A stretch of 64,000 nt of DNA from an uncultured Bacteroidales bacterium (GTDB taxonomy: Bacteria; Bacteroidota; Bacteroidia; Bacteroidales; Paludibacteraceae). Position numbers and translations under genes: made by a program. The stretch is from NCBI GenBank assembly GCA_900319035.1, contig ONMU01000004.1, positions 29,531-93,530 on the forward strand. Direction: 5' to 3'. Below the pieces are notes generated by a model. The model was not told the DNA's origin. It made no database searches and saw nothing but the letters and a program-made list of their open reading frames with translations. Shown here in pieces: positions 45,695-53,926 of this stretch (the stretch's first letter is position 1; each line of letters opens with the position of its first letter).

Positions 45695-45710
45695 AGGTTT
45701 GAAAGTTTAG
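45661..45710. repeat. GTTTGAAG-type octamer words overlapping the folP 3' end and the folP-cdaA spacer
   Basis: gtttgaag gtttgagc ... gtttgaag gtttgaaa gtttag. The folP stop TGA (45692..45694) lies inside one unit. Confidence 0.8.
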
Positions 45711-45717
45711 ATACATT

Positions 45718-46497
45718 ATGAATATATTGGCTTTTTCCTTTGGATTCAAAGATTTGATTGATATTCTGCTGGTAGCAGGTATCTTATACGAGACATACCG
45801 TCTGCTGCGCAAGACGGGTGCTGCGAACCTCTTCTGGGGTATATTGGCGTTTATCGTCGTGTGGTTCATGGTCAGTTTTGTCTTCCAGCTGGACCTCACC
45901 GGCGCGCTCTTCGACCGTATCATCTCCGTCGGAGCAGTCGCTTTGATTGTGATCTTTCAGGACGAGATACGTCTATTCTTCTACCGAATCGGTGCCCGTT
46001 TCTCTTCATGGCAGCTATTCAGCAAACGCAATCCGGAAGACGAAGCTGCTTCGCGTCAGCAGGTACTAGAGATCATTCAAGCCTGCCGGCATATGGCTTC
46101 CACAAAAACCGGTGCACTGATTGTTTTAGCCGGAGAGGACAATCTCAAAGAGGTGATTGACACCGGAGAGAGGCTGGATGCACAAGTCTCGGCTCGTCTA
46201 ATTGAGAATATCTTCTTTAAGAACACCCCGCTGCATGACGGTGCATTAGTCATCCATGAAGGCCGTATGATTGCTGCCGCTTGTATCCTACCGGTAAGCA
46301 AAAACCAAACAATCCCACAGTATTACGGATTGCGTCACCGCGCAGCATTAGGTATCACCGAAAAAACCGACACCACATGTATTGTAGTGTCGGAAGAGAC
46401 CGGTCATATATCTGTGACCAAAGAAGGAGAAATCCGAGAAGTGACAGCGGACGAGTTATTCCTCGTACTTCACGCCACCGCTTCTACCGCGGACTGA
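45718..46497 (+). CDS. cdaA: Diadenylate cyclase CdaA (DisA_N/DAC domain, N-terminal TM helices)
   Basis: TM-rich N-terminus, then GALIVLAGEDNL..NTPLHDGALVIHEGRMIAAACILP..GLRHRAALGITEKTD..IVVSEETGHISV. Confidence 0.9.
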   Translation: MNILAFSFGFKDLIDILLVAGILYETYRLLRKTGAANLFWGILAFIVVWFMVSFVFQLDLTGALFDRIISVGAVALIVIFQDEIRLFFYRIGARFSSWQLFSKRNPEDEAASRQQVLEIIQACRHMASTKTGALIVLAGEDNLKEVIDTGERLDAQVSARLIENIFFKNTPLHDGALVIHEGRMIAAACILPVSKNQTIPQYYGLRHRAALGITEKTDTTCIVVSEETGHISVTKEGEIREVTADELFLVLHATASTAD

Positions 46498-47478
46498 TGA
46501 TACATAGGCGTCACGACAGAGGACACACTGCTTAGCCTCCGGCAACTGGAAGAGGACTGTAAATTTCACACCCACCACCAGATTCTTTACCGCACTGGCA
46601 AATCCATTAGTGGACATGATATCGTTCATCTCCATACCGTCAATCATCGAGCGCGATTTATAGACGTAGTTCGGTGAAAGGGGATCTATCTCATATCGCG
46701 GCGGCAGTTTCAAAGCCGGTTTGGTACCCTTGGAGTGTACATCCAGCAAGCCATAATCGAAGAAAACACCCAGACGGTACTCCATCTTACGTTTCGGCAC
46801 ATCGTAACCCACCGAATAATTGATCATACCCAAACGGGCACCAATCTCCACGCTGGCATCCAAATCCAAGTTCAGTGTCGTTTTGACATTGCTTTTCACT
46901 TTCTCGTCGGTAAAGAACTGGTACTCAGGCATATCTCGCAAATCGTTCGCACCCGTTTCACCAATAATAGTCTTATCCAAGCCATACGTAGTGAGCGTGG
47001 CTGAAGAATGCGACTGCGTATAGATATTGGCATACACCTTAATACCCGCCAAAGCATAGAAACGGCGGTATTGGATACCCACCATAAGGGGTACATGTAC
47101 GGCGTAGTTGGTATATTTATCCTTTCGATCCTTGATCTCATAAACATAGTCGAAAGGCTGGTGATTCAGACCAGTCTGGTCGAACAGGGTCTCCGTACGA
47201 TTGCTACTCTGGATATACGCGGTCAACCCACCGGTAGCTCCTACTCCTACATCCAATAGGAAACGTGCGGGGCTGTAGGTCTTGCCTGCCTGCAACTCAT
47301 ACTGAAAACCTAAACCACCGGCAACACCGAAGCTGCCGGAATAATCACTCTTAGACGGAATCAACGACCATTCACCTACTTGGGCAAATCCCCCAACGTA
47401 ATGGTTCACCTTCGCACTCGCGGCACCGCAAAGCAGCAACGCGAGCAAAATAATTCCATATGTTTTATGTTTTTTCAC
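46456..47478 (-). CDS. Outer-membrane beta-barrel protein, paralogue of 21514..22473
   Basis: The track start is TTG at 47499. GTG at 47478 gives (M)KKHKTYGIILLALLLCGAASA. No ATG is available, so the start is uncertain. Shared strands: VEIGARLG, GVFFDYGLLDVHS and VVGVKFTVLF. The 3' end overlaps the cdaA 3' end by 42 nt (convergent). Confidence 0.7.
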   Translation of the reverse strand: MKKHKTYGIILLALLLCGAASAKVNHYVGGFAQVGEWSLIPSKSDYSGSFGVAGGLGFQYELQAGKTYSPARFLLDVGVGATGGLTAYIQSSNRTETLFDQTGLNHQPFDYVYEIKDRKDKYTNYAVHVPLMVGIQYRRFYALAGIKVYANIYTQSHSSATLTTYGLDKTIIGETGANDLRDMPEYQFFTDEKVKSNVKTTLNLDLDASVEIGARLGMINYSVGYDVPKRKMEYRLGVFFDYGLLDVHSKGTKPALKLPPRYEIDPLSPNYVYKSRSMIDGMEMNDIMSTNGFASAVKNLVVGVKFTVLFQLPEAKQCVLCRDAYVSSVRGRSGGVKYEE

Positions 47479-47592
47479 GGAATAATTTGTATTTTTCAAT
47501 TTTTTGTTGTACTTCGGACTCCGCTTGCCTCGGGCATTCCCCCGAAGCTACTTTCGCAAAATCCTGCAAATAGCAAAATAAAAGCGTTTTTA

Positions 47593-47624
47593 TTTGCGTA
47601 TTTGGATTTTTTGTAGTACCTTTG
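47593..47624 (+). promoter_or_regulatory. Consensus promoter (-33 TTTG, 20-nt spacer, -7 TACCTTTG) for metG
   Basis: tttg at 47593..47596 and tacctttg at 47617..47624, leaving a ~120-nt leader before the ATG at 47751. Confidence 0.6.
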
Positions 47625-47672
47625 CACCCGATTTCGATTTCGAAGAAAGGTACAAGTGGTCTTTTGCGGCTG

Positions 47673-47704
47673 CAAAAGTAATGAAATTTTTTGACATACG
47701 CAAG
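47673..47704 (-). promoter_or_regulatory. Consensus promoter (-7 TACTTTTG, -33 CTTG, 20-nt spacer) for the 347-aa beta-barrel gene
   Basis: Plus-strand caaaagta at 47673..47680 and caag at 47701..47704, in the context gacatacgcaag. It faces the metG promoter. Confidence 0.55.
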
Positions 47705-47750
47705 AAAATAAACGTTTTTTTTGCAAATTAGTATAAAAATTACACAAAAT

Positions 47751-49826
47751 ATGGCATTTAATCGCACTTTAATCACTGCAGCACTGCCCTATGCGAACGG
47801 TCCGGTGCATATCGGCCACCTCGCAGGCGTGTATGTTCCCGCGGACATCTATGCCCGCTATCTTCGTCTCAAGGGTCAGGAAGTACTCTTTGTTTGCGGT
47901 TCGGATGAACATGGTGTTCCCGTCACCATTCGTGCCCGTAAAGAGGGTATCACCACCCAGCAAGTGGTAGATCGCTACCATACGCTCATCAAGCGTTCGT
48001 TTGCTGATTTCGGTGTGTCGTTTGACATCTATTCGCGTACGACATCCGACATCCATCATCAGTTTGCAGCGGATTATTTCCGCAAGATGTACGATGCCGG
48101 TCAGTTTGTTGAGGAGACCAGTGAACAATTCTACGATCCGGAGACAGGTCATTTCCTGACCGATCGTAATATCCGAGGGGAGTGTCCTCGCTGTCACTCG
48201 CTCGGTGCGTATGGCGACCAATGTGAGAAATGCGGCGCTACCCTTTCGCCGGATGAGCTCATCAATCCCTATAACGCCGAGACCGGTAACGCCCTCACCA
48301 AGAAAGCTACCAAGCATTGGTATCTGCCCTTGGACAAGTATCAGGCATGGTTGGAGGACTGGATCCTCAATAACCATAAAGAATGGCGACCGAACGTCTA
48401 TGGGCAATGTAAGTCATGGTTAGACGGCGGTCTCAAGCCGCGTGCTGTGACACGTGACTTAGACTGGGGTATCCCTGTGCCCGTAGAAGGTGCAGAAGGT
48501 AAGGTGCTCTACGTATGGTTCGATGCGCCTATCGGCTATATATCCAATACGATTGAGCTGTGTCAGGCACAGCCTGAGAAATACGGCGATTGGCAGAAAT
48601 GGTGGAAGAAGGACGATACCCGTATGATCCATTTCATTGGAAAAGACAACATCGTCTTCCACTGCATCGTCTTCCCTGCTATGCTCAAGGCGCAGGGCTA
48701 TAACCTGCCTGATAATGTGCCGTCCAACGAGTTCCTTAACCTCGAAGGCGACAAGATATCCACATCCCGCAACTGGGCGGTTTGGCTCAATGAGTACCTC
48801 GATGATTTCCCCGGAAAGCAGGACGTCCTCCGTTATGTGCTCACCGCTAATGCGCCGGAGACCAAGGATAACGACTTCACGTGGGCGGATTTCCAAGCGC
48901 GTAACAACAATGAGCTGGTAGCTATCTATGGTAACTTCGTCAACCGCGCGCTCGTGCTCACTACTAAATATTTTAACGGGCGCGTGCCCGCGTGCGAGGA
49001 ACTGACCGAGTATGACAAACAGACGATTGAGGAGTTCAAGAACGTCAAAGCTACGCTCGAGGACCTGCTCAATGATTTCCGTTTCCGCGATGCACAGAAA
49101 GAGGCAATGAACCTCGCTCGTATCGGTAATAAATACCTCGCGGATACCGAGCCTTGGAAACTCGCCAAGACCGACATGAACCGTACCGCTACCGTGCTGC
49201 ACGTAGCACTCCAGATAGCAGCGAACCTATCGCTGGCTTTCGAACCGTTCCTGCCGTTCAGCTCCGAGAAACTGAAAACGATGTTACAATTGGATGACTC
49301 CTTCGGATGGAATGATTTAGGTCGTATTGACATGCTCAAAGAAGGTCAACCATTAGGCGAAGTATCGCTGCTCTTTGAGAAAATAGAAGACTCCGCTATT
49401 CAGGCGCAACTCGATCGTCTGGAGCGTATCAAGAAAGAGAACGAAGAAGCTGCTAAAGCCGAAGCTCTCAAGAACTGGCGTCCGACGGAGATCAAAGCGC
49501 CCACCACAATCGATGAGTTCGACAAGGCGGACATCCGCGTAGCTACCGTTTTGGAGTGCTCGAACGTGAAGAAGTCCGACCGTCTGCTGCAGTTCCGTCT
49601 GGACGATGGTATGGGCGGACGCACGATCCTCTCCGGTATCGCACAGAGTTACCCCGATCCGTCCGTGCTGGTAGGCAAACAGGTATTGTTCATCGCCAAC
49701 TTCCCGCCACGTAAGATGATGGGTATCGAGTCGCAAGGTATGATCCTCTCGGCAGTCGATGCGGATGGTAAACTCGTTGTCACCACCGTCTCCGCTCCCG
49801 TCAAGAACGGATGCCAAGTGGGATAA
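47751..49826 (+). CDS. metG: Methionine--tRNA ligase with a C-terminal tRNA-binding (EMAP/Trbp111-like) domain
   Basis: [16 protein letters not shown] (HIGH), four Zn-knuckle cysteines CPRC..CEKCG, and KISTSRNW (KMSKS). The track start is TTG at 47721; the ATG at 47751 (MAFNRTLIT) is used here. Confidence 0.95.
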   Translation: MAFNRTLITAALPYANGPVHIGHLAGVYVPADIYARYLRLKGQEVLFVCGSDEHGVPVTIRARKEGITTQQVVDRYHTLIKRSFADFGVSFDIYSRTTSDIHHQFAADYFRKMYDAGQFVEETSEQFYDPETGHFLTDRNIRGECPRCHSLGAYGDQCEKCGATLSPDELINPYNAETGNALTKKATKHWYLPLDKYQAWLEDWILNNHKEWRPNVYGQCKSWLDGGLKPRAVTRDLDWGIPVPVEGAEGKVLYVWFDAPIGYISNTIELCQAQPEKYGDWQKWWKKDDTRMIHFIGKDNIVFHCIVFPAMLKAQGYNLPDNVPSNEFLNLEGDKISTSRNWAVWLNEYLDDFPGKQDVLRYVLTANAPETKDNDFTWADFQARNNNELVAIYGNFVNRALVLTTKYFNGRVPACEELTEYDKQTIEEFKNVKATLEDLLNDFRFRDAQKEAMNLARIGNKYLADTEPWKLAKTDMNRTATVLHVALQIAANLSLAFEPFLPFSSEKLKTMLQLDDSFGWNDLGRIDMLKEGQPLGEVSLLFEKIEDSAIQAQLDRLERIKKENEEAAKAEALKNWRPTEIKAPTTIDEFDKADIRVATVLECSNVKKSDRLLQFRLDDGMGGRTILSGIAQSYPDPSVLVGKQVLFIANFPPRKMMGIESQGMILSAVDADGKLVVTTVSAPVKNGCQVG

Positions 49827-49843
49827 GGGGGATTGAGATTTGG

Positions 49844-49876
49844 AAAAGTCCGCTCAAAATGAGCGGACTTTTTTGG
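49844..49876 (+). terminator. Rho-independent terminator after metG
   Basis: aaaagtccgctc-aaaat-gagcggactttttt at 49844..49876, 18 nt after the stop. Confidence 0.8.
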
Positions 49877-49884
49877 TTGTGATG

Positions 49885-49920
49885 ATTCAAAATCAAAGAA
49901 ACGCCCCGAAGGACGTTTCT
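49885..49920 (-). terminator. Terminator-like hairpin after the tRNA gene
   Basis: Minus RNA AGAAACGUCC-uucg-GGGCGUUUCU followed by UUGAUUUUG. Confidence 0.55.
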
Positions 49921-49922
49921 TG

Positions 49923-49996
49923 TAGCGGGACCCAGGATTGAACTGGGGACCTCATGATTATGAATCATGCGCTCTAACCAGCTGAGCTATCCCGCC
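49923..49996 (-). tRNA. tRNA with anticodon CAU (elongator tRNA-Met, or tRNA-Ile2 if lysidine-modified); CCA not encoded
   Basis: Hand-folded cloverleaf: GGCGGGA-TA-GCTC-AGCTGGTTA-GAGC-G-CATGA-TTCATAA-TCATG-AGGTC-CCCAG-TTCAATC-CTGGG-TCCCGCT-A. The 1:72 pair is G.U. The anticodon stem lacks the three G-C pairs of initiator tRNA. Confidence 0.85.
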
Positions 49997-50068
49997 ATGC
50001 GTTTCTTAGAAATCAAATTTTCGGGGTTAAAAACACCCTCTAATTTTTATTTTTTCAGAAAGCGGGTG

Positions 50069-50100
50069 CAAAAGTACTGCTTTTTTCTGACATACACAAA
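50069..50100 (-). promoter_or_regulatory. Consensus promoter (-7 TACTTTTG, -33 TTTG, 20-nt spacer) upstream of the tRNA
   Basis: Plus-strand caaaagta at 50069..50076 and caaa at 50097..50100. Confidence 0.55.
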
Positions 50101-50144
50101 TTTTTTGGCATTTTTTTTGCATTTTTATGTAAAAAAGTGCAAAA

Positions 50145-51089
50145 TTAGGCCACATTGAACTGACTTCCGCCTATAAATTCGCGTAAAATAGATGTTCTGG
50201 GGATAAAAGACGCCTCTAATCCTTCGAAAAAACTGAGGTAGTATAACAACTGCTCTGCAACCTTATATTCATCCGCGGATGCGGGTACGGTTTGCAACGC
50301 CGTCTCAACGGCATAACGGATAGCCGGCAGTTCATAGAGCATCGAAGTATCAAACTCCGCATCTGCTTCATTGCGGAAAGGTTCAATCCATTTGATCTCG
50401 CCCTCACGTACATCCTGCCAACCGGAGATGGTCTGCTGCGGAGTCTTACCGCGCGTACGGAAATCACGGCTCATACGGCGTAAGAGACGATGCTGGGCAG
50501 TAGGAATCCACGTCTCACCGTCCAAGGACACGGGGCTCATCGGAGAAGCGAAGATCTTATATTTCTCCGCATCGCTGAGATGACGGGTCAGAATAGGATT
50601 AAGCGCATGAATACCCTCCATCACCAAGACTGCCTCTTTCTCCAGCGCCAGCGTCTCACCGGGATACTCGCGTCGCTCTTCTGCAAAGTTAAACGTCGGC
50701 AGGGCTATCTCCTTACCGGCAACAAGTGCCTTGAGATCCTCCTCCAGTTGTTGGAGGTCGATCGCATAGACCGACTCATAGTCTTTCGTTCCGTCCACTT
50801 TGAGAGGGGTGAGGGTGCCGTTGAGGTACCAGTTATCCAAAGAAAGCGCTACCGGTTGTTTGCCATGCGAGAGCAGTTCCAGACACAGTTTATGGCTCGT
50901 ACTGGTCTTTCCGCTCGAACTCGGACCGGCTATCAGCACTACTCGCGCTCCGCGCGCACAGATCTCATCGGCTATACGTGCCAACTGCTGCGCATGATAG
51001 GCTTCGCCTTCGGCTACCAGTTCAGCGGCATGACCGCTTTCAATCATCTCATTGATATACGCTACTCTGCGTTTCGATTCTTCTATCAT
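50145..51089 (-). CDS. Uridine-kinase/phosphoribulokinase-family P-loop nucleoside kinase-like protein
   Basis: Walker A VLIAGPSSSGKTST, followed by a PRK/Udk-like core (LSLDNWY, VLVMEGIHALNP). Specificity cannot be assigned by eye. Confidence 0.55.
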   Translation of the reverse strand: MIEESKRRVAYINEMIESGHAAELVAEGEAYHAQQLARIADEICARGARVVLIAGPSSSGKTSTSHKLCLELLSHGKQPVALSLDNWYLNGTLTPLKVDGTKDYESVYAIDLQQLEEDLKALVAGKEIALPTFNFAEERREYPGETLALEKEAVLVMEGIHALNPILTRHLSDAEKYKIFASPMSPVSLDGETWIPTAQHRLLRRMSRDFRTRGKTPQQTISGWQDVREGEIKWIEPFRNEADAEFDTSMLYELPAIRYAVETALQTVPASADEYKVAEQLLYYLSFFEGLEASFIPRTSILREFIGGSQFNVA

Positions 51090-51098
51090 ATATAGTAA

Positions 51099-51126
51099 TC
51101 AGTTTTCAGATTTCAGATTTCAGATT
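51099..51126. repeat. Heptamer array TCAGTTT TCAGATT x3
   Basis: Four units at 51099..51126, between the kinase-like gene start (51089) and the priA stop (51125..51127), overlapping the stop. It is the reverse complement of the AATCTGA-type array at 59736..59770. Confidence 0.9.
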
Positions 51127-53113
51127 ATTGCGGATCGATATCCACAATGACTTTCACATTTTTATTCGTTGAAACCGAGGAAATATGATCTATTGCCTCT
51201 CTCAATCGGCGTTTCGCTTCTCCCATATTAGCACCGCTCTCGATGCGCAGCGTCAACTCGCGTATTGTATACGCCTGTACGCGCTCTACAAAAGGAACGA
51301 TGACCGCAGACACGCGAGGACCGAAAATCTGCTTCAGATAAGTTTGGAGCTGCGTAGCATACGCTTGTACGCGTACTCCGCTATGATCCCGCATCTGAAG
51401 ACGGATGACGCGGTAGAACGGCGGATAATTGAACAATTTTCGCTCGCCTATCTGCTGACGATAGAGCGCTTCGTAGTCATGATGCCGCGCAAAGTCCAAA
51501 ACTTTGTTGGCGGTATCAAAAGTCTGAATCCACACTTCCCCTTTCGCTCCTTTGCGTCCGGCTCGTCCAGCCACTTGCTCCAACATCTGGTATGCCCGCT
51601 CATAGGCACGGAAATCGGGCTGATTGAAGAGCGGATCAGCATTCAGCACCGCCACCAGACGGACGTCATCAAAATGGAGTCCTTTGGTGATCATCTGCGT
51701 GCCGACCAATATATCACACTCATGGTTAGCAAACGCATTGATGATATCCTGATAGGCGGATTTATTACGGGTAGAATCCAGATCCATTCTCAGCACACGA
51801 GCCTGCGGAAAAAGAGTCTGTATCTCATCTTCGATGCGTTCGGTACCGAATCCTATCATCTTCATCTCCCCGCCACAATGCGGACAAGCTGGCGGAACCG
51901 GCATATGGTAGCCACAGTAATGGCAACGTAACTCGTTCTCCCTTTTATGCAGCGTCATCGGCACATCGCATTGCACGCATCGGGGCGGTTGACCGCAAGA
52001 CGTACACTGTATCTGCGGTGCATATCCGCGGCGATTCTGAAACAGGATCACCTGCTTATGCTCCGCCAGAGTCTGCCTAATACGTTCTACCAAAGGGTCG
52101 CTGAAATGACCGTACATCTCCTTGCGCGTATACTGGCGCTGGAGGTCAATGAGGTGAATATCCGGCAACTCGGCACCTCCGAACCGCTCTGTCAAAGAAA
52201 CCAGCCCATACACCCCTTTGAGTGCCAAAAAGTACGATTCCACCGAGGGTGTAGCCGTACCTAAGAGCACCTTGGCGTCATACGACTGAGCTAACATGAT
52301 AGCCGCAGCGCGAGCATGATAACGAGGCGCAGGTTCCGCTTGTTTATAACTCGGTTCATGCTCCTCATCCACGATGATAAGACCTATATTAGGCACCGGA
52401 AGAAAGACAGCGCTGCGCGCTCCGAGCACTACATGCGGTTCGCTCTTAGCTGCTGCATGATATAACTGTTCACGTTCGGCATCCGTGAAACGGCTGTGAT
52501 AGACCATCAGCCTGTCTCCAAAGATCGCCTGCAAACGGGTAGTCAATTGAGTCGTCAACGCGATCTCCGGCACCAGATAGAGTACATTCCTACCCTGCTG
52601 AAGCTGCTCCTCAATGAGGTGGATATAGATATCCGTCTTGCCGCTGGAGGTGACACCATGGAGCAGTACGATCTTCTTGCCGGAATGCCATAAACTTTCG
52701 ATTTCATCGGCACATTTTGCCTGCGCAGACGAAAGTTCGTGCATAGGTTCAATGGGACCGGTATAAGGTTTGAGAGTCATGCGGCGGCGTTGAGGCGGAT
52801 TCACAAGTCGGTTATCCAATCCTTTAGGCAGAGCAGCTGACATCACTTCACCCAGCGTACACATATAATACCCGCTCATCCATTGCCATAAATTCAACTG
52901 CTCTTTGGACACCGTCGGAGCCGATTCTACTACCGATGAAATCGGGCGAATCTTATCCTCAAAGGACTTGTCTATCGGTTCCGTATGTTCGCGTAAGACA
53001 ACCCCCCTCACCTCTTGTTTCATCAGTGGCACGATGACTCGTGTACCGGGTGCAGGTACATCCATTCCATCCGGCACGCTATACGTATAACAATCCCGGA
53101 TAGCAAGGGGCAA
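51125..53113 (-). CDS. priA: Primosomal protein N' (replication-restart helicase PriA)
   Basis: Walker A GVTSSGKT, DEEHEPSYKQ, LGTATPSVES, and Cys-rich Zn fingers CTSCGQPPRCVQCDVPMTLH..LRCHYCGY..CPHCGG. The track start is TTG at 53113. Conservation appears to continue upstream of it (see findings). Confidence 0.9.
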   Translation of the reverse strand: MPLAIRDCYTYSVPDGMDVPAPGTRVIVPLMKQEVRGVVLREHTEPIDKSFEDKIRPISSVVESAPTVSKEQLNLWQWMSGYYMCTLGEVMSAALPKGLDNRLVNPPQRRRMTLKPYTGPIEPMHELSSAQAKCADEIESLWHSGKKIVLLHGVTSSGKTDIYIHLIEEQLQQGRNVLYLVPEIALTTQLTTRLQAIFGDRLMVYHSRFTDAEREQLYHAAAKSEPHVVLGARSAVFLPVPNIGLIIVDEEHEPSYKQAEPAPRYHARAAAIMLAQSYDAKVLLGTATPSVESYFLALKGVYGLVSLTERFGGAELPDIHLIDLQRQYTRKEMYGHFSDPLVERIRQTLAEHKQVILFQNRRGYAPQIQCTSCGQPPRCVQCDVPMTLHKRENELRCHYCGYHMPVPPACPHCGGEMKMIGFGTERIEDEIQTLFPQARVLRMDLDSTRNKSAYQDIINAFANHECDILVGTQMITKGLHFDDVRLVAVLNADPLFNQPDFRAYERAYQMLEQVAGRAGRKGAKGEVWIQTFDTANKVLDFARHHDYEALYRQQIGERKLFNYPPFYRVIRLQMRDHSGVRVQAYATQLQTYLKQIFGPRVSAVIVPFVERVQAYTIRELTLRIESGANMGEAKRRLREAIDHISSVSTNKNVKVIVDIDPQ

Positions 53114-53165
53114 TATGATATCAACGTAGGAGATAATTAAAAATTAAAAATTAATATCCCATATT

Positions 53166-53237
53166 CCTCTCATCCTCTCATCCTCTCATCCTCTCATCCT
53201 CTCATCCTCTCATCCACTAATCCACTAATCCACTAAC
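53166..53237. repeat. Octamer tandem array: CCTCTCAT x6, then CCACTAAT x2 and CCACTAAC
   Basis: Nine contiguous 8-nt units, read directly, between the tdk stop (53247) and the priA start. Confidence 0.95.
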
Positions 53238-53246
53238 CTTTCGCCT

Positions 53247-53834
53247 TTAACTTTCCAAAGCCACGGCTTTGTTATAGCACTCACGGCAGAGGGGTTCATA
53301 GCTGTCCGTTTCGCCAAGCAGCACACGTTTGTCGGAAGCTACGAGACGATGGCTCACCCAAGCTAAGTCTCCGCAATTGACGCAGATAGCATGTGTCTTA
53401 TATACATCATCGGCAATCGCCATCAGGGCTGGCATCGGACCGAAAGGTACGCCCTTGAAGTCCATATCCAGACCGGCACAGATCACGCGGATACCACGAT
53501 CCGCCAACTGCCGGCATACATCCACAATACCCATATCGAAGAACTGCGCCTCGTCAATACCTACAACATCGATATCATCGACCATCAGCAGGATGTTTTG
53601 ACTGCTGTCCACCGGTGTAGATTGAATCACATTGCGGTCATGGCTGACCACATCCTCCTCGCTATAACGCACATCGATAGCGGGTTTGTAAATCTCTACA
53701 CGTAGTTTGGCAAACTTAGCGCGTTTCATGCGGCGGATGAGTTCTTCCGTCTTGCCGGAGAACATCGAACCGCACACTACTTCAATGGATCCGCGTCGGA
53801 GCGACGGGCCTTTTCTGTCTCGTTCTGAATACAT
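53247..53834 (-). CDS. tdk: Thymidine kinase
   Basis: P-loop [21 protein letters not shown], and Zn-ribbon cysteines CVNCG..CRECY. Confidence 0.9.
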   Translation of the reverse strand: MYSERDRKGPSLRRGSIEVVCGSMFSGKTEELIRRMKRAKFAKLRVEIYKPAIDVRYSEEDVVSHDRNVIQSTPVDSSQNILLMVDDIDVVGIDEAQFFDMGIVDVCRQLADRGIRVICAGLDMDFKGVPFGPMPALMAIADDVYKTHAICVNCGDLAWVSHRLVASDKRVLLGETDSYEPLCRECYNKAVALES

Positions 53835-53862
53835 ATGTGTTTAGTTATTAATGATGCGGGTG

Positions 53863-53894
53863 CAAAGATACAACAAAAATTGCATATATGCAAA
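53863..53894 (-). promoter_or_regulatory. Consensus promoter (-7 TATCTTTG, -33 TTTG, 20-nt spacer) for tdk
   Basis: Plus-strand caaagata at 53863..53870 and caaa at 53891..53894. Confidence 0.65.
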
Positions 53895-53926
53895 TTTTTT
53901 GTACTCATTCTATCTTTTTAGTCAAT

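Noticed and set aside
47625-47750. Possible T-box or riboswitch in the ~120-nt metG leader.
   Set aside because: I see no specifier-loop or T-box sequence, no recognisable riboswitch core, and no hairpin directly followed by a U-run. The long leader is more simply explained by the opposing promoter embedded in it.
49923-49996. Initiator tRNA-fMet assignment for the CAU tRNA.
   Set aside because: It lacks the C1xA72 mismatch and the three consecutive G-C pairs at the base of the anticodon stem that characterise bacterial initiators.
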